Below are positions 1 through 9,444 of a stretch of DNA of 64,000 bases, one piece after another. Positions within the stretch are counted from its first letter, which is position 1; each line of letters opens with the position of its first letter. Made by a program: the position numbers and the translations under genes. The stretch lies in the NCBI GenBank assembly GCA_964603685.1, contig CAZRWF010000003.1, forward strand, positions 13,501 through 77,500. The letters are read 5' to 3'. The notes under the pieces were generated by a model. That model did not search any database. It had not been told where the DNA came from and saw only the letters and a list, made by a program, of their open reading frames with translations. The DNA comes from an uncultured Chitinophagaceae bacterium (GTDB lineage Bacteria; Bacteroidota; Ignavibacteria; UBA10030; UBA8401).

Positions 1-363
1 TGCGATATTCGCCACCACCGGCGCGGCACCTGTTCCCGTTCCGCCTCCCATTCCCGCGGTAACGAACACCATGTCGCTGTTGGCCAGCACGCGCGCGATT
101 TCCTCCTTATCCTCTTCTGCCGCCCGCTGTCCGACCGTCGGATCGGCGCCGGCGCCGAGGCCACGGGTGAGGTTTTTGCCGATGCGGATTTTGGAAGAGG
201 ACGAGTTGCGTTCCAGCGCTTGCACGTCGGTATTGATCGCGACGAAATCGACGCCGCTCAATCCGCGGGTGATCATGCTGTGAACGGCATTCGTTCCGCC
301 GCCGCCGACACCGACGATGCGGATCTTTGCGCCATTTTCGGACGGGCTGTCGAATTCAATTGC
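1..363 (-). CDS. ftsZ: Cell division GTPase FtsZ, N-terminal fragment (runs off the window)
   Basis: Reverse translation from the ATG at 363 gives [28 protein letters not shown]...[22 protein letters not shown] (tubulin/FtsZ GGGTGTG signature); no stop before position 1; terminal position of the dcw cluster. Confidence 0.85.
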
Positions 364-580
364 CATAGGAGCTCCTTTAGTTTGGTGATGGATTGGTTGT
401 TAGTTTACATTCTTAATGAGTCAATGACGTCAGAGACCAAAAGTTCGTCGTCAAAGTATTTTTACCTGTCTGTCGAATTCCGACGAACTATGCGAAAATT
501 TCATCGGAGTGAATATATATTTTGTCATGTTTTTTGGTGTCGGGTGTGTGATTTCTGAACACTGACATCGTTTTTGATTT

Positions 581-1822
581 TCACAATTCGTCAAACCATC
601 CCTTCATCCGTTTGAAGATGGAATTTTCTTTTCCGCTCACTTTAGGTTCGGCCACGTTTCCGGCTGCGCCGCGTGCGCGGTTTTTAATCGCATGCAGCAC
701 CAGTCCGACGCCGGTGGCATACATCGGATTTTCGATTTCGCGCACGAATCCGCCGCGGAATCCCCGCGGTATGCCGATTTTCACCGGCATGCCGAGCACT
801 TCGCGGGCCAGATCGGCCGTCCCTTTTACGAGCGCGCCGCCGCCGGTCAACACAACGCCGGCGGATAGATGTTTTTGATATCCCGATCGTTTGATCTCCA
901 ACGCCGCGATTTCGAGTATCTCCTCCATGCGCGGCTGGATGATCTGGCACAACATCTGGGTGTCGATCGTCATCGGCTCCCGCCCGCCGATGCCCGGAAT
1001 GGTGAACGGGAAATTTTCGGCGATCGACGTGATGTGTGTATGCCCGTACTTCAATTTGATTTCTTCCGCCTGCGTCGTCAGTATCCCCAGGCCGCGGCGC
1101 ACATCGTCGGTCACTTTGCTTCCGGCGATCCCGATCACCGCCGTGTGGCGGATGGTGCGGTCGGCAAACACCGCCAGATCGGTCGTGCCGCCGCCGATAT
1201 CGATCAGCACCACGCCGACTTCCTTTTCTTCGCCGTCCAACACCGCATCGCTCGAGGCGAACGGCTCCAGCACGATGTCGCTCACCGACACGCCGGCACG
1301 CTGCACGCAGCGGATGATGTTCTGCGTTGCGGTCACCAGTCCGGTGATGATATGCACGGTCGCTTCCATCCGGACACCCGACATGCCGACCGGTTCATAC
1401 ACGCCGTCCTGTCCGTCCACGATAAATTCCTGCGGGACGACATGGAGGATCTTCCGGTCCGACGGCAGCGCGATTTTTTTCGTATCCTCGATCAGCCGGT
1501 TCACATCCGCCTGGGTGATCTCCTGTTCCGCGCCGCTGATGGCAACGACGCCCCGGCTTTGAAAACTTTGAATATGATCGCCGGCGATACCAGCGACGAC
1601 CGATTGAATCTTCACGCCCGATTGCGCTTCGGCATCGTGGATGGCTGCTTTGATGGACTCCACCGTCCGTTCGATATGCGTAATCACGCCGCGCGTCAAT
1701 CCCTCCGATTTGCTTTTCCCGATGCCGAGAATATTAATCTCGTTGTTCGGGCTGACCGAGGCGACTATGGCGCAGATCTTCGTTGTTCCGATGTCCAAAC
1801 CGACATAAATATGTTCGTTCAT
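581..1822 (-). CDS. ftsA: Cell division protein FtsA (actin-like ATPase)
   Basis: 413 aa, MNEHIYVGLDIGTTKICAIVA... actin/HSP70 fold motifs; purine-rich SD-like GGGAAAGAAGAAGGA upstream; sits between ftsQ and ftsZ. Confidence 0.95.
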   Translation of the reverse strand: MNEHIYVGLDIGTTKICAIVASVSPNNEINILGIGKSKSEGLTRGVITHIERTVESIKAAIHDAEAQSGVKIQSVVAGIAGDHIQSFQSRGVVAISGAEQEITQADVNRLIEDTKKIALPSDRKILHVVPQEFIVDGQDGVYEPVGMSGVRMEATVHIITGLVTATQNIIRCVQRAGVSVSDIVLEPFASSDAVLDGEEKEVGVVLIDIGGGTTDLAVFADRTIRHTAVIGIAGSKVTDDVRRGLGILTTQAEEIKLKYGHTHITSIAENFPFTIPGIGGREPMTIDTQMLCQIIQPRMEEILEIAALEIKRSGYQKHLSAGVVLTGGGALVKGTADLAREVLGMPVKIGIPRGFRGGFVREIENPMYATGVGLVLHAIKNRARGAAGNVAEPKVSGKENSIFKRMKGWFDEL

Positions 1823-1845
1823 TCTATCCTTCTTCTTTCCCTGAG

Positions 1846-2664
1846 TTATGAGTTACCCGAAACGACGACTTGATCGTCGAATCGCAGATCGATATACCGG
1901 ATCTCTTTGGAATCTCCGTTCCGGAGAAACGTCTTCCGGAAAGCATCGAGTTTTACCATTTTTTTCACCGCGTCACCCTTGCCGAAAATGATCGGCACGC
2001 CGGCATCGAACGAATACAACACCAGATCTTTTCCTTTCCGGAGGCGGATTTCGGAAATGGAATGGTACAACTCCGGTCCGGTCGCCTGTGCGGCGTTGAT
2101 GATTTCGAGCGCCTCGTTCACATCGGCGCTGATCAATTTTTGTCCGGCGCGGAGTCCCGCCAGCGAATCCAATCCGCTGATCACCGGAATGTCGTACGTT
2201 TCCGTCGATGCGACAAACGGCAGCAGCGTCCCGTCCGCCGCGATATAGAACATCTCTTTCGCCACCACAATGGCGGAGGGGACGCGTTCCTCCACGATCA
2301 CGCGGATGGTGGAGGGAGCATCCCGCTGCAGAACGACGTTTTTCACGAAACTGTTCGAGAGGATGTTCCGCTGCACGGCGGTCAAATCAACCGCATACAT
2401 CGGAACATTCGGCGGCAGTTTCATCAGCCGGACAATTTCGTCCTTCGTAATGACGCTGATTCCTTCGACCGTCACCTGTTTCACCGGAACATGATCCTGC
2501 CATTGTGATTTCACGGCGTACAACATCAGTACGGCGAACACGAGCAGGGTAAAATAGACGTACACCCGCTTACCGTGTTTCGGTTCGGCCGGATCGGCCG
2601 TGTCGACGTTCTCCCGATATTCTAGATCGCTCTTCATCATTGCTGCGGAATTATTTCGATTCAT
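1846..2664 (-). CDS. ftsQ: Cell division protein FtsQ/DivIB (POTRA domain, N-terminal TM helix)
   Basis: 272 aa, one TM helix (VYVYFTLLVFAVLMLYAV), position between murC and ftsA, overlaps murC by 14 bp. Confidence 0.8.
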   Translation of the reverse strand: MNRNNSAAMMKSDLEYRENVDTADPAEPKHGKRVYVYFTLLVFAVLMLYAVKSQWQDHVPVKQVTVEGISVITKDEIVRLMKLPPNVPMYAVDLTAVQRNILSNSFVKNVVLQRDAPSTIRVIVEERVPSAIVVAKEMFYIAADGTLLPFVASTETYDIPVISGLDSLAGLRAGQKLISADVNEALEIINAAQATGPELYHSISEIRLRKGKDLVLYSFDAGVPIIFGKGDAVKKMVKLDAFRKTFLRNGDSKEIRYIDLRFDDQVVVSGNS

Positions 2665-4030
2665 TCAAAAATTGTTCGCCGAATTTCCAGATATCCCCCG
2701 CCCCCATGGTGATGACGATGTCGCCGCTTTTTGTGATCTTCTTTAAATACGCCGGAACGTTTGTTTTATCCTGCACATAATGCGTCTCTTTGTGGCCGTA
2801 CTGCTTGGCGGCATTGACGATCAATTCCCCCGTCACACCCTGGATCGGCTCTTCGCGCGCGGGATACACATCCGTTACCACCAACACGTCCGCGAAGAGA
2901 AACGCTTTGCCGAACTCTTCATAAAAATCCCTCGTGCGGGAATACAAATGCGGCTGGAACACGCACACGACCCGCTTGCGCCATCCGGATTTCACGCCGC
3001 TTAACGTTGCTTTACACTCGGTGGGATGATGCGCATAATCGTCGTACACCACGATTCCGTTCACTTCCCCTTTTTTCTCCCATCGGCGGTACACGCCGGC
3101 GAATTTTTCGATCCCCGCCTTCACCAGGGAGAACGGCACATTCAGGTTCAAACCGACGGCGATCGCCGCCAGCGCGTTCTGCACGTTGTGTTTTCCCGGA
3201 ATCTGCAGCGTCACCGATCCGAGCTCGGCCGTACCGCGGATGACCGTGAACTGCGTGGTGTTCTCTTTATGATGGATCTCCACCGCCTGCACGTCGGCTT
3301 GCGGGGAGTGCAATCCGTACGTGATCACTTTTTTCTTGCTCAGCTGCGGCAATATGTCCTGCAATGCCGGTTCATCGAGATTCAACACGACAAATCCGTA
3401 AAACGGTACTTTGTTCGCAAATTGTACGAACGCCCCTTTGATGTCTTCCAGATCGCGGTAACAATCAAGATGATCGGTCTCCAGCGTCGTCATCACCGCA
3501 ATCGCGGGAGTAAGGGACAAGAAGGAACGGTCGAATTCATCCGCCTCCACCACGATAAATTCCCCTTTTCCGAGCCGGGCGTTCGTGCCGCCGAGTCCGC
3601 TCAGTTTACCGCCGACGATCACCGTGGGATCGAGGCCCCCTTCCATCAACACAAGGCTGGTCATGGAGGTGGTGGTGGTTTTTCCGTGCGTGCCGGCGAT
3701 ACCAATGCCGTATTTCAGCCGCATCACTTCCGCCAGCATCTCCGCCCGGCGGACGATGGGGATATTCCGACGGAGTGCTTCCTGCACTTCGGGATTATCG
3801 TTGATCACCGCCGACGAATACACCAGCGTATCGACATCCGCCGCAACATGTTCGGCACGGTGGCCTTCAAAGATTTTCGCGCCGAGCGATTCCAGCCGTT
3901 CCGTAACGTCGCTTTTTGCACGGTCCGAACCGGACACCGCAAATCCCTGATCGAGAAGGATCTCGGCGATCCCGCTCATTCCTATTCCGCCGATGCCGAC
4001 GAAGTGTAATTTTTTAATGGAAGAAAACAT
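2651..4030 (-). CDS. murC: UDP-N-acetylmuramate--L-alanine ligase MurC
   Basis: 459 aa; HFVGIGGIGMSGIAEIL, GTHGKTTTTSM P-loop of the Mur ligase family. Confidence 0.95.
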   Translation of the reverse strand: MFSSIKKLHFVGIGGIGMSGIAEILLDQGFAVSGSDRAKSDVTERLESLGAKIFEGHRAEHVAADVDTLVYSSAVINDNPEVQEALRRNIPIVRRAEMLAEVMRLKYGIGIAGTHGKTTTTSMTSLVLMEGGLDPTVIVGGKLSGLGGTNARLGKGEFIVVEADEFDRSFLSLTPAIAVMTTLETDHLDCYRDLEDIKGAFVQFANKVPFYGFVVLNLDEPALQDILPQLSKKKVITYGLHSPQADVQAVEIHHKENTTQFTVIRGTAELGSVTLQIPGKHNVQNALAAIAVGLNLNVPFSLVKAGIEKFAGVYRRWEKKGEVNGIVVYDDYAHHPTECKATLSGVKSGWRKRVVCVFQPHLYSRTRDFYEEFGKAFLFADVLVVTDVYPAREEPIQGVTGELIVNAAKQYGHKETHYVQDKTNVPAYLKKITKSGDIVITMGAGDIWKFGEQFLNESK

Positions 4031-4072
4031 GGAGTCAATATTTGTAAAGTAATAAAGAGTGAAATGGCTGAA

Positions 4073-4561
4073 TTATTTTGCCGTGAACTGAAATCGTTTT
4101 TCTCTTTTCGGCACCAGCGTCGCGATCTGTTCCATTTGCTTCACCAATTCGCGGTCCCGTTCGTACCGTCCCACACGGATGCGGTACGTACGCCGCCGGT
4201 GTTTCATTTTGATGATCACGATCCGGAAACGCCCCGCGGTGCGCACGGTCCGCTCTTTGCCGATGTAGATCCACTCAATCTCCGGTACCTTCAGCTCCCG
4301 TTTGCTGAAGCGGGAGTGGAACACGATCGCCTGTTCCGAAACGATGATCTTCCGGTCCCGGATTTTGTTTAATACCAGAGTGACAAACGATATCCCCACG
4401 AACAGGGCGATCACGTACATGATCGGATCGTGGAAAACGACCGTGACGCTGTCTTCCACGATGGTCCCTTTGATCCCCATGTACAGCACCAGCGTGACCA
4501 GATAGATCAACGCCTGCTGATAATAGAAATCCAGTTTATACCGGTGTTCTGCGTGTGTCAT
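4073..4561 (-). CDS. Membrane protein with two TM helices and a bacterial PH-like (YdbS/YdbT-type) domain
   Basis: ORF 4073..4630 trimmed to the internal ATG at 4561, which forms an ATGA overlap with the stop of the upstream MORN gene; two hydrophobic helices followed by a basic beta-rich domain typical of bPH_2. Confidence 0.55.
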   Translation of the reverse strand: MTHAEHRYKLDFYYQQALIYLVTLVLYMGIKGTIVEDSVTVVFHDPIMYVIALFVGISFVTLVLNKIRDRKIIVSEQAIVFHSRFSKRELKVPEIEWIYIGKERTVRTAGRFRIVIIKMKHRRRTYRIRVGRYERDRELVKQMEQIATLVPKREKRFQFTAK

Positions 4562-5172
4562 TCGATCTTGATCCCGTTTTTGTATGCTTCGTCGCGGGTT
4601 TTCCTTCCGGAAGTGTCCCATTGAATCCACTTCCCGTCCCGTTTTCCGTTGAAAAATTCGCTCTCCTCCTGTTTTTTGGCTCCGGGGAAGAACAACACTT
4701 CCGTAATACGCTCTCCGTTGCGGAGATACATCATTGTCGGATCGCCGTTTTCGTCATAATATTCCCAGGTGGAGACGTTCGTCCCTTCCCGGCGCCGCGT
4801 CCGCCCGTCCTCGAAAAACTCCTCATACAAAAAATGTTTCACCGGACCTTCCATCCATTTCAGGGAGCGCGTTTCGATCTGTTTGTTCGGATAATAACTG
4901 ATGTACTTCGATGCATTCCCCGAATTGTCCGTCAGGTAAAATTCCGATTTCAGCGACCCGTCCTTGTAAAATCCGAATGCCTTCACGTTTTTTCCGTTGC
5001 GGTAATACCGCTCCACGGAAATGTCACCGTATTTGAGCGAATGAATTGTCTCCAGCGACGTATAATTTTCGATCTTCTTTTTCGTGACGGTGGTCCGCAC
5101 AATCAGGTATCCTGCCACCACGGAACAAAAGATCATCCCCAACAACAGCACCGTTCCCCATTGCTGCTTCAT
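4558..5172 (-). CDS. MORN-variant (YwqK-family) repeat protein, N-terminal signal-anchor
   Basis: 204 aa; N-terminal TM helix; repeats of type 'FFNGKRDGKWIQWDTSGRKTRDEAYKNGIK' (MORN_2/YwqK-like). Confidence 0.7.
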   Translation of the reverse strand: MKQQWGTVLLLGMIFCSVVAGYLIVRTTVTKKKIENYTSLETIHSLKYGDISVERYYRNGKNVKAFGFYKDGSLKSEFYLTDNSGNASKYISYYPNKQIETRSLKWMEGPVKHFLYEEFFEDGRTRRREGTNVSTWEYYDENGDPTMMYLRNGERITEVLFFPGAKKQEESEFFNGKRDGKWIQWDTSGRKTRDEAYKNGIKIE

Positions 5173-5213
5173 CGTTTCCCCCGATTAAACATCATGGCAA
5201 AAATTGTTTCCGT

Positions 5214-5810
5214 TCAACGCACGAAGGCACCGTCGCGATACAAATCATTTCTGGTGACGTTCCCCGCCGTGTCCCATTCGATCCATTTCCCGTTCCTGCG
5301 GTCGTTCTTCCATTCCCCCAGTTCTTTCAACTTTCCGTTTTCGTGCCAGCGCCGGACCAACACGATCTCGCCGTTTTTGAACGTGGACGACAGTTTTTTC
5401 TGACCGCTCTCAAAAAATTCCTCGTTCAATTCCGAATCCGCTCGAGTTTTCAGAAAACCGTTCTCGTAATATTCGCGGTAGAACACCCGGTTCGTATCCT
5501 GCCAGACCATAATCACGCGGGTCCGTCCATTCCGGAAAAAACTGATGGTGCTGTCGTATTCCCGCGTTTCGCTCCGCGTGTGATATTCGAACGCCGTTTT
5601 TCCGTTATCGAACCAGGCGATCAGCTTCACCATTTTGCCGTCGCGGTAATGTTCTTCCGCTTCCAGATCCCGCTTTTGCCGTGCAAAAAAATCGGTCCGG
5701 GTTGTTTTGTACACGCCGTCGCGCGGCGGTTTTCCTTCGCTGATCGTCCGCACTTTGCATCCGGCCGCGGCGAACATCAGAACGATCATCCAGAGGAGCG
5801 GACTTTTCAT
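5214..5810 (-). CDS. MORN-variant (YwqK-family) repeat lipoprotein
   Basis: 198 aa; lipoprotein signal MKSPLLWMIVLMFAAAGC; repeats 'RRNGKWIEWDTAGNVTRNDLYRDG'; start ATG overlaps the murG stop (ATGA at 5807-5810). Confidence 0.7.
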   Translation of the reverse strand: MKSPLLWMIVLMFAAAGCKVRTISEGKPPRDGVYKTTRTDFFARQKRDLEAEEHYRDGKMVKLIAWFDNGKTAFEYHTRSETREYDSTISFFRNGRTRVIMVWQDTNRVFYREYYENGFLKTRADSELNEEFFESGQKKLSSTFKNGEIVLVRRWHENGKLKELGEWKNDRRNGKWIEWDTAGNVTRNDLYRDGAFVR

Positions 5811-6883
5811 GCGACGAGGGCGTATAGTTTTTCCACAATCTCTTTTCCGGCCTCCGGTTTTCCGATAGCGCGGCTGTTGTTTTCCATCTCCTTCCGGCGT
5901 CGACCGTCCTCGAGCAAATCCTTTATCCGGGGAAGGAGTGCGGTCTTCAGATCGCGGTCATTCAACATCACGGCCGCTCCCGCTTCCACCATCGATGCAG
6001 CATTCAGCGTTTGATGGTCCGCCGCGGCAAATGGAAACGGGACAAGGATCGCCGGTTTTCCCACTCTCGTCAATTCCGCTAATGTCGTGGCTCCGGACCG
6101 GCAGACCACCAGATCGGCCGCAGCGTAACCGCAATCCATCCGCTCGATGTATGTGCGAACGATGATGTTCGTGTGCCGCACCGGTGATGCCTCTTCCTGC
6201 GCCGATTCTCCGGTCTGCCAGATCACTTGATAATCTTCCGCTATCGCATCCTTCACCACCGCGGGCATGGCGGCATTCAAGGAGGCCGCGCCGAGACTTC
6301 CACCGAAGACGAACACTGTTCGTTTTGCCGGTGAGAGCCCGAAATATTCCGCACCGCGTTCGCGCGTAATTTCCGACAATTCGTTGCGGGTGGGATTTCC
6401 CACCACATCGACCGTTGCTTTCGGAGAGAGCCACCGTTTTGTCGCCGCGAACGTGACGAACACTCTGTCCGCCCGCGACGCCAGCATCCGCGTCGTCACG
6501 CCGGGATAACTGTTGCTCTCGTGCACCACGGTCGGAATTCCCATCACCGAAGCAACGAACAACACCGGGCCGCACACATATCCGCCGGTGCCGAGCACGA
6601 TCTGCGGACGAACTTTTCGAATGACAAAGAACGATTGCACCAGCGACACGATCACTTTCAACGGGAAGAGGATGTTGCTCAGCCGGAGCCGCCGGCTGAA
6701 TCCGCTGATCCAGATCGTATGAAATTCATATCCTTTCGCCGGCACCACGCGCGCTTCGATCTTTCCGGCGGTGCCGACAAACACCGCGCGGTTCGCGGGA
6801 TCTTTTTTCGTCATCTCCTCCGCGATGGCAATAGCGGGATACAAATGTCCGCCCGTGCCTCCACCCGCAAAAAGGATCGTCAT
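5807..6883 (-). CDS. murG: UDP-GlcNAc:lipid I N-acetylglucosaminyltransferase MurG
   Basis: 358 aa; MTILFAGGGTGGHLYPAIAIAEEM GT28 N-terminal motif. Confidence 0.95.
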   Translation of the reverse strand: MTILFAGGGTGGHLYPAIAIAEEMTKKDPANRAVFVGTAGKIEARVVPAKGYEFHTIWISGFSRRLRLSNILFPLKVIVSLVQSFFVIRKVRPQIVLGTGGYVCGPVLFVASVMGIPTVVHESNSYPGVTTRMLASRADRVFVTFAATKRWLSPKATVDVVGNPTRNELSEITRERGAEYFGLSPAKRTVFVFGGSLGAASLNAAMPAVVKDAIAEDYQVIWQTGESAQEEASPVRHTNIIVRTYIERMDCGYAAADLVVCRSGATTLAELTRVGKPAILVPFPFAAADHQTLNAASMVEAGAAVMLNDRDLKTALLPRIKDLLEDGRRRKEMENNSRAIGKPEAGKEIVEKLYALVA

Positions 6884-6884
6884 A

Positions 6885-8057
6885 TCAATAAATCTTTCCG
6901 ACCGCCGGTTCGATTGCCGACGGTGCTTGTTCCATAAACATCCGTTCGCGCGGATGCAGATCGGTCTGCGAGGAAATATTCAGCAGAACGCCGACCGCAA
7001 AGGACGAAAAGATGATTGCCGTACCGCCGTAACTGACAAACGGCATCGGTATGCCGGTGGTCGGTGCCAATCCGAGCGTCACGAGCGCGTTCGCAACGGC
7101 ATACAACACAATGGTACACGTGATGCCGATGGCGAGATATTTCCCGAAATCATCCGGCGCATATTTCGCGATCTTCAATCCCCGCAGCAGAATCATCAAA
7201 TAGAGGCCGACAAAAACGATCGTGCCGATCAATCCGTATTCCTCGCCGACGATGGAAAAGATGAAGTCGCCGTACGATTCCGGAAGAAACAGGTCGCGTT
7301 GCTTGCTTTGCCCCATCCCGACCCCGAAGATCCCGCCGTTCCCGAATCCGATGATCCCCTGCAGCAACTGGTAATTCGCCGTCGATGTCACCGTCTCGTC
7401 ACCGCCGAATCCGACGTACGACAGGATCCGTTTCATCCGGTACGGCGCACTGATCATATACACAAGCAACGCCGGCAACAGCGCGCATAACGAGAAAAAA
7501 ACATGTTTCAACCGCGCTCCGCCGACGAAGACGAGAATCATTCCCAGCACGAAGATCATCGAACCGGTGCTGAAGTTCGGCTGCAGCATCACCAGCACCA
7601 CCACGCTGCCGATCCAGATCATCAGCGGCATAAATCCGGTTTTAAAGTCCGCCAGTTTCTCCCGCTTGTTGGAGAGCAGGAAGGCCAGGTGGAACAACAG
7701 TGCAAACTTCGCAATCTCCGACGGCTGCAGGCTGAAACCGCCGATGGACAGCCAGCGCGCCGCCCCTTTGATTTCGCCGCCGGTAAGACGTGTCGCCGCC
7801 AGCAGCAAAATGGATCCGATGAGCACCCATTTGGTCAGCGGTTTGTATTTTTTGTAGTCAAAATTCATCGCAAAAAACATCACCACCAGTCCGACGAGGA
7901 TTTTGGCGATATGTTTGTTCACCAATCCGCTGGCGGACTGCATCTTCTGCATCGCCCAGGTGGACGAGGCGCTGTACACCACAACGGTACTCGCCACCAT
8001 CAGAATGAGGACGACGAACAACGTTATGCGGTCGATATGATTTTTCTGCGACGCCAT
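6885..8057 (-). CDS. ftsW: Peptidoglycan glycosyltransferase / lipid II flippase FtsW (SEDS family)
   Basis: Polytopic membrane protein with SEDS motifs; start set to ATG 8057..8055, which gives a TAATG overlap with the murD stop (the ORF track extends to 8135). Confidence 0.9.
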   Translation of the reverse strand: MASQKNHIDRITLFVVLILMVASTVVVYSASSTWAMQKMQSASGLVNKHIAKILVGLVVMFFAMNFDYKKYKPLTKWVLIGSILLLAATRLTGGEIKGAARWLSIGGFSLQPSEIAKFALLFHLAFLLSNKREKLADFKTGFMPLMIWIGSVVVLVMLQPNFSTGSMIFVLGMILVFVGGARLKHVFFSLCALLPALLVYMISAPYRMKRILSYVGFGGDETVTSTANYQLLQGIIGFGNGGIFGVGMGQSKQRDLFLPESYGDFIFSIVGEEYGLIGTIVFVGLYLMILLRGLKIAKYAPDDFGKYLAIGITCTIVLYAVANALVTLGLAPTTGIPMPFVSYGGTAIIFSSFAVGVLLNISSQTDLHPRERMFMEQAPSAIEPAVGKIY

Positions 8058-9436
8058 TACGAAATCTCGTGCACCAGCTGTTTGAAAATTTTTCCGCGTT
8101 CTTCGTAGTCCCGAAACCAATCGAACGACGTACACGCGGGAGAGAGCATTACGATCTCACCCGGCGCCGCCAGCGTTGTTGCCGTCTCGATCGTTTTCCG
8201 CATCGAGGCGATATTCGGAATCGCGGTGCCGTCCGTCGGAACCACGGTGACAGGAACGATTCCCGAAAAATTTTTCACGATCGTATCGGCGGAATATCCG
8301 GTGGCGACGATCGCTTTCACTTTCTTTTTCACCAGATCAACAATGGTGGAATAGTCATTCCCCTTGTCTTTTCCCCCCATGATGAGGACTATCGGACGAT
8401 CGTAACTGTTCAGGGACATCTCCACCGCTTCGACCGTGGTCGCTTTGGAATTGTTGATATACGCGATTCCGTTCACTTCCCGCACGAACTCTTGACGGTG
8501 CTCCACCCCTTTAAAATTCCGGAGCGTCGATTTGATATCGGCCGGCGTTACACCCGCCAACATTGCCGCCAGAGTCGCCGCCATCGCGTTGCGCAGGTTA
8601 TGTTCCCCTTTGATCGAAATCTCCTCCGCCGCGATGATCGCCCGCTCCTTCCCCGACAGCGTTACGGTGAGCATCCGGTCCTTCACGAACGCGCCGGACT
8701 CCACTTTCCGCCGCGAACTGAATTCGACAACGCCGGAACGAACACCGACGACCGTTTTGTTTGTCCAGACATCGTCCGCATGACGCACGAAAAAATCGCC
8801 CTCCCGCTGGTTTTTCACAATCCGCGCTTTGGAGGCCGCGTAAAGTTCCATGGAGTGATCGTACCGGTCGAGATGGTTCTGCGTGATGTTGACGATCACG
8901 GCGATCTTCGGACGAAACGTGTCGATAAAATCCAACTGGAAGCTGCTCACTTCCAGAACGACAACAGTTTCTTCATCAACGTCCAGAACGACGGATGAGA
9001 ATGCCGTTCCAATGTTACCCGCAACAACATGTTTTTTCTTTGCATCGGCGAATATCCTCCCGAGTAATGTTGTGGTGGTCGTTTTTCCGTTGCTGCCGGT
9101 GACGGCAATAATCGGAGCGGAACAAAACCAGCTGGCAACTTCGATTTCCGCGACGATGGTGATACCGCGTTTCGCCGCTTCTTTCACCACCGGCGCATTC
9201 GTCGGCACGCCGGGGCTGATAACCATCAGCGAACAGTCGTAAACCAGTTCACTGTGTCCGCCGAATTCGCCGGCGATCTTCTCCGCCGCCAATTCCGCAA
9301 TGTGCCGCTGCGTGCTTTCGCTATTCCCGAAATCGCTGACGAACGGAATCGCCCCTTTCCCATGAAGAAGTTTTGCCGCCGCCACACCGCTCCGTTCCGC
9401 ACCGATCACGCTGATTTTTTTTCCCCGGACGTCCAT
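8057..9436 (-). CDS. murD: UDP-N-acetylmuramoylalanine--D-glutamate ligase MurD
   Basis: 459 aa; ISVIGAERSGVAAAKLL, GSNGKTTTTTL P-loop. Confidence 0.95.
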   Translation of the reverse strand: MDVRGKKISVIGAERSGVAAAKLLHGKGAIPFVSDFGNSESTQRHIAELAAEKIAGEFGGHSELVYDCSLMVISPGVPTNAPVVKEAAKRGITIVAEIEVASWFCSAPIIAVTGSNGKTTTTTLLGRIFADAKKKHVVAGNIGTAFSSVVLDVDEETVVVLEVSSFQLDFIDTFRPKIAVIVNITQNHLDRYDHSMELYAASKARIVKNQREGDFFVRHADDVWTNKTVVGVRSGVVEFSSRRKVESGAFVKDRMLTVTLSGKERAIIAAEEISIKGEHNLRNAMAATLAAMLAGVTPADIKSTLRNFKGVEHRQEFVREVNGIAYINNSKATTVEAVEMSLNSYDRPIVLIMGGKDKGNDYSTIVDLVKKKVKAIVATGYSADTIVKNFSGIVPVTVVPTDGTAIPNIASMRKTIETATTLAAPGEIVMLSPACTSFDWFRDYEERGKIFKQLVHEIS

Positions 9437-9444
9437 TCTGCTAA

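Noticed and set aside
424-431. TGACGTCA (CRE-like palindrome) in the ftsA-ftsZ spacer as a regulatory site
   Set aside because: An 8-bp palindrome is expected by chance in 64 kb and no bacterial regulator is known for it in this context.
869-1873. Long antisense/alternative-frame ORFs throughout the window (e.g. 869..1873 +, 3026..4009 +, 15508..16287 +, 24594..25976 -, 26391..27704 -, 41412..42122 -, 47191..47820 +)
   Set aside because: They overlap well-supported conserved genes on the opposite strand or another frame and have Arg/His/Pro-rich junk-like compositions typical of spurious ORFs in high-GC DNA. No independent motif support.
4558-5810. Interpreting the YwqK-family repeat proteins as toxin-antitoxin 'antitoxins'
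   Set aside because: No adjacent toxin gene (e.g. YwqJ-like deaminase). Both have signal or lipoprotein N-termini and are translationally embedded in the dcw operon, so a TA role is implausible.
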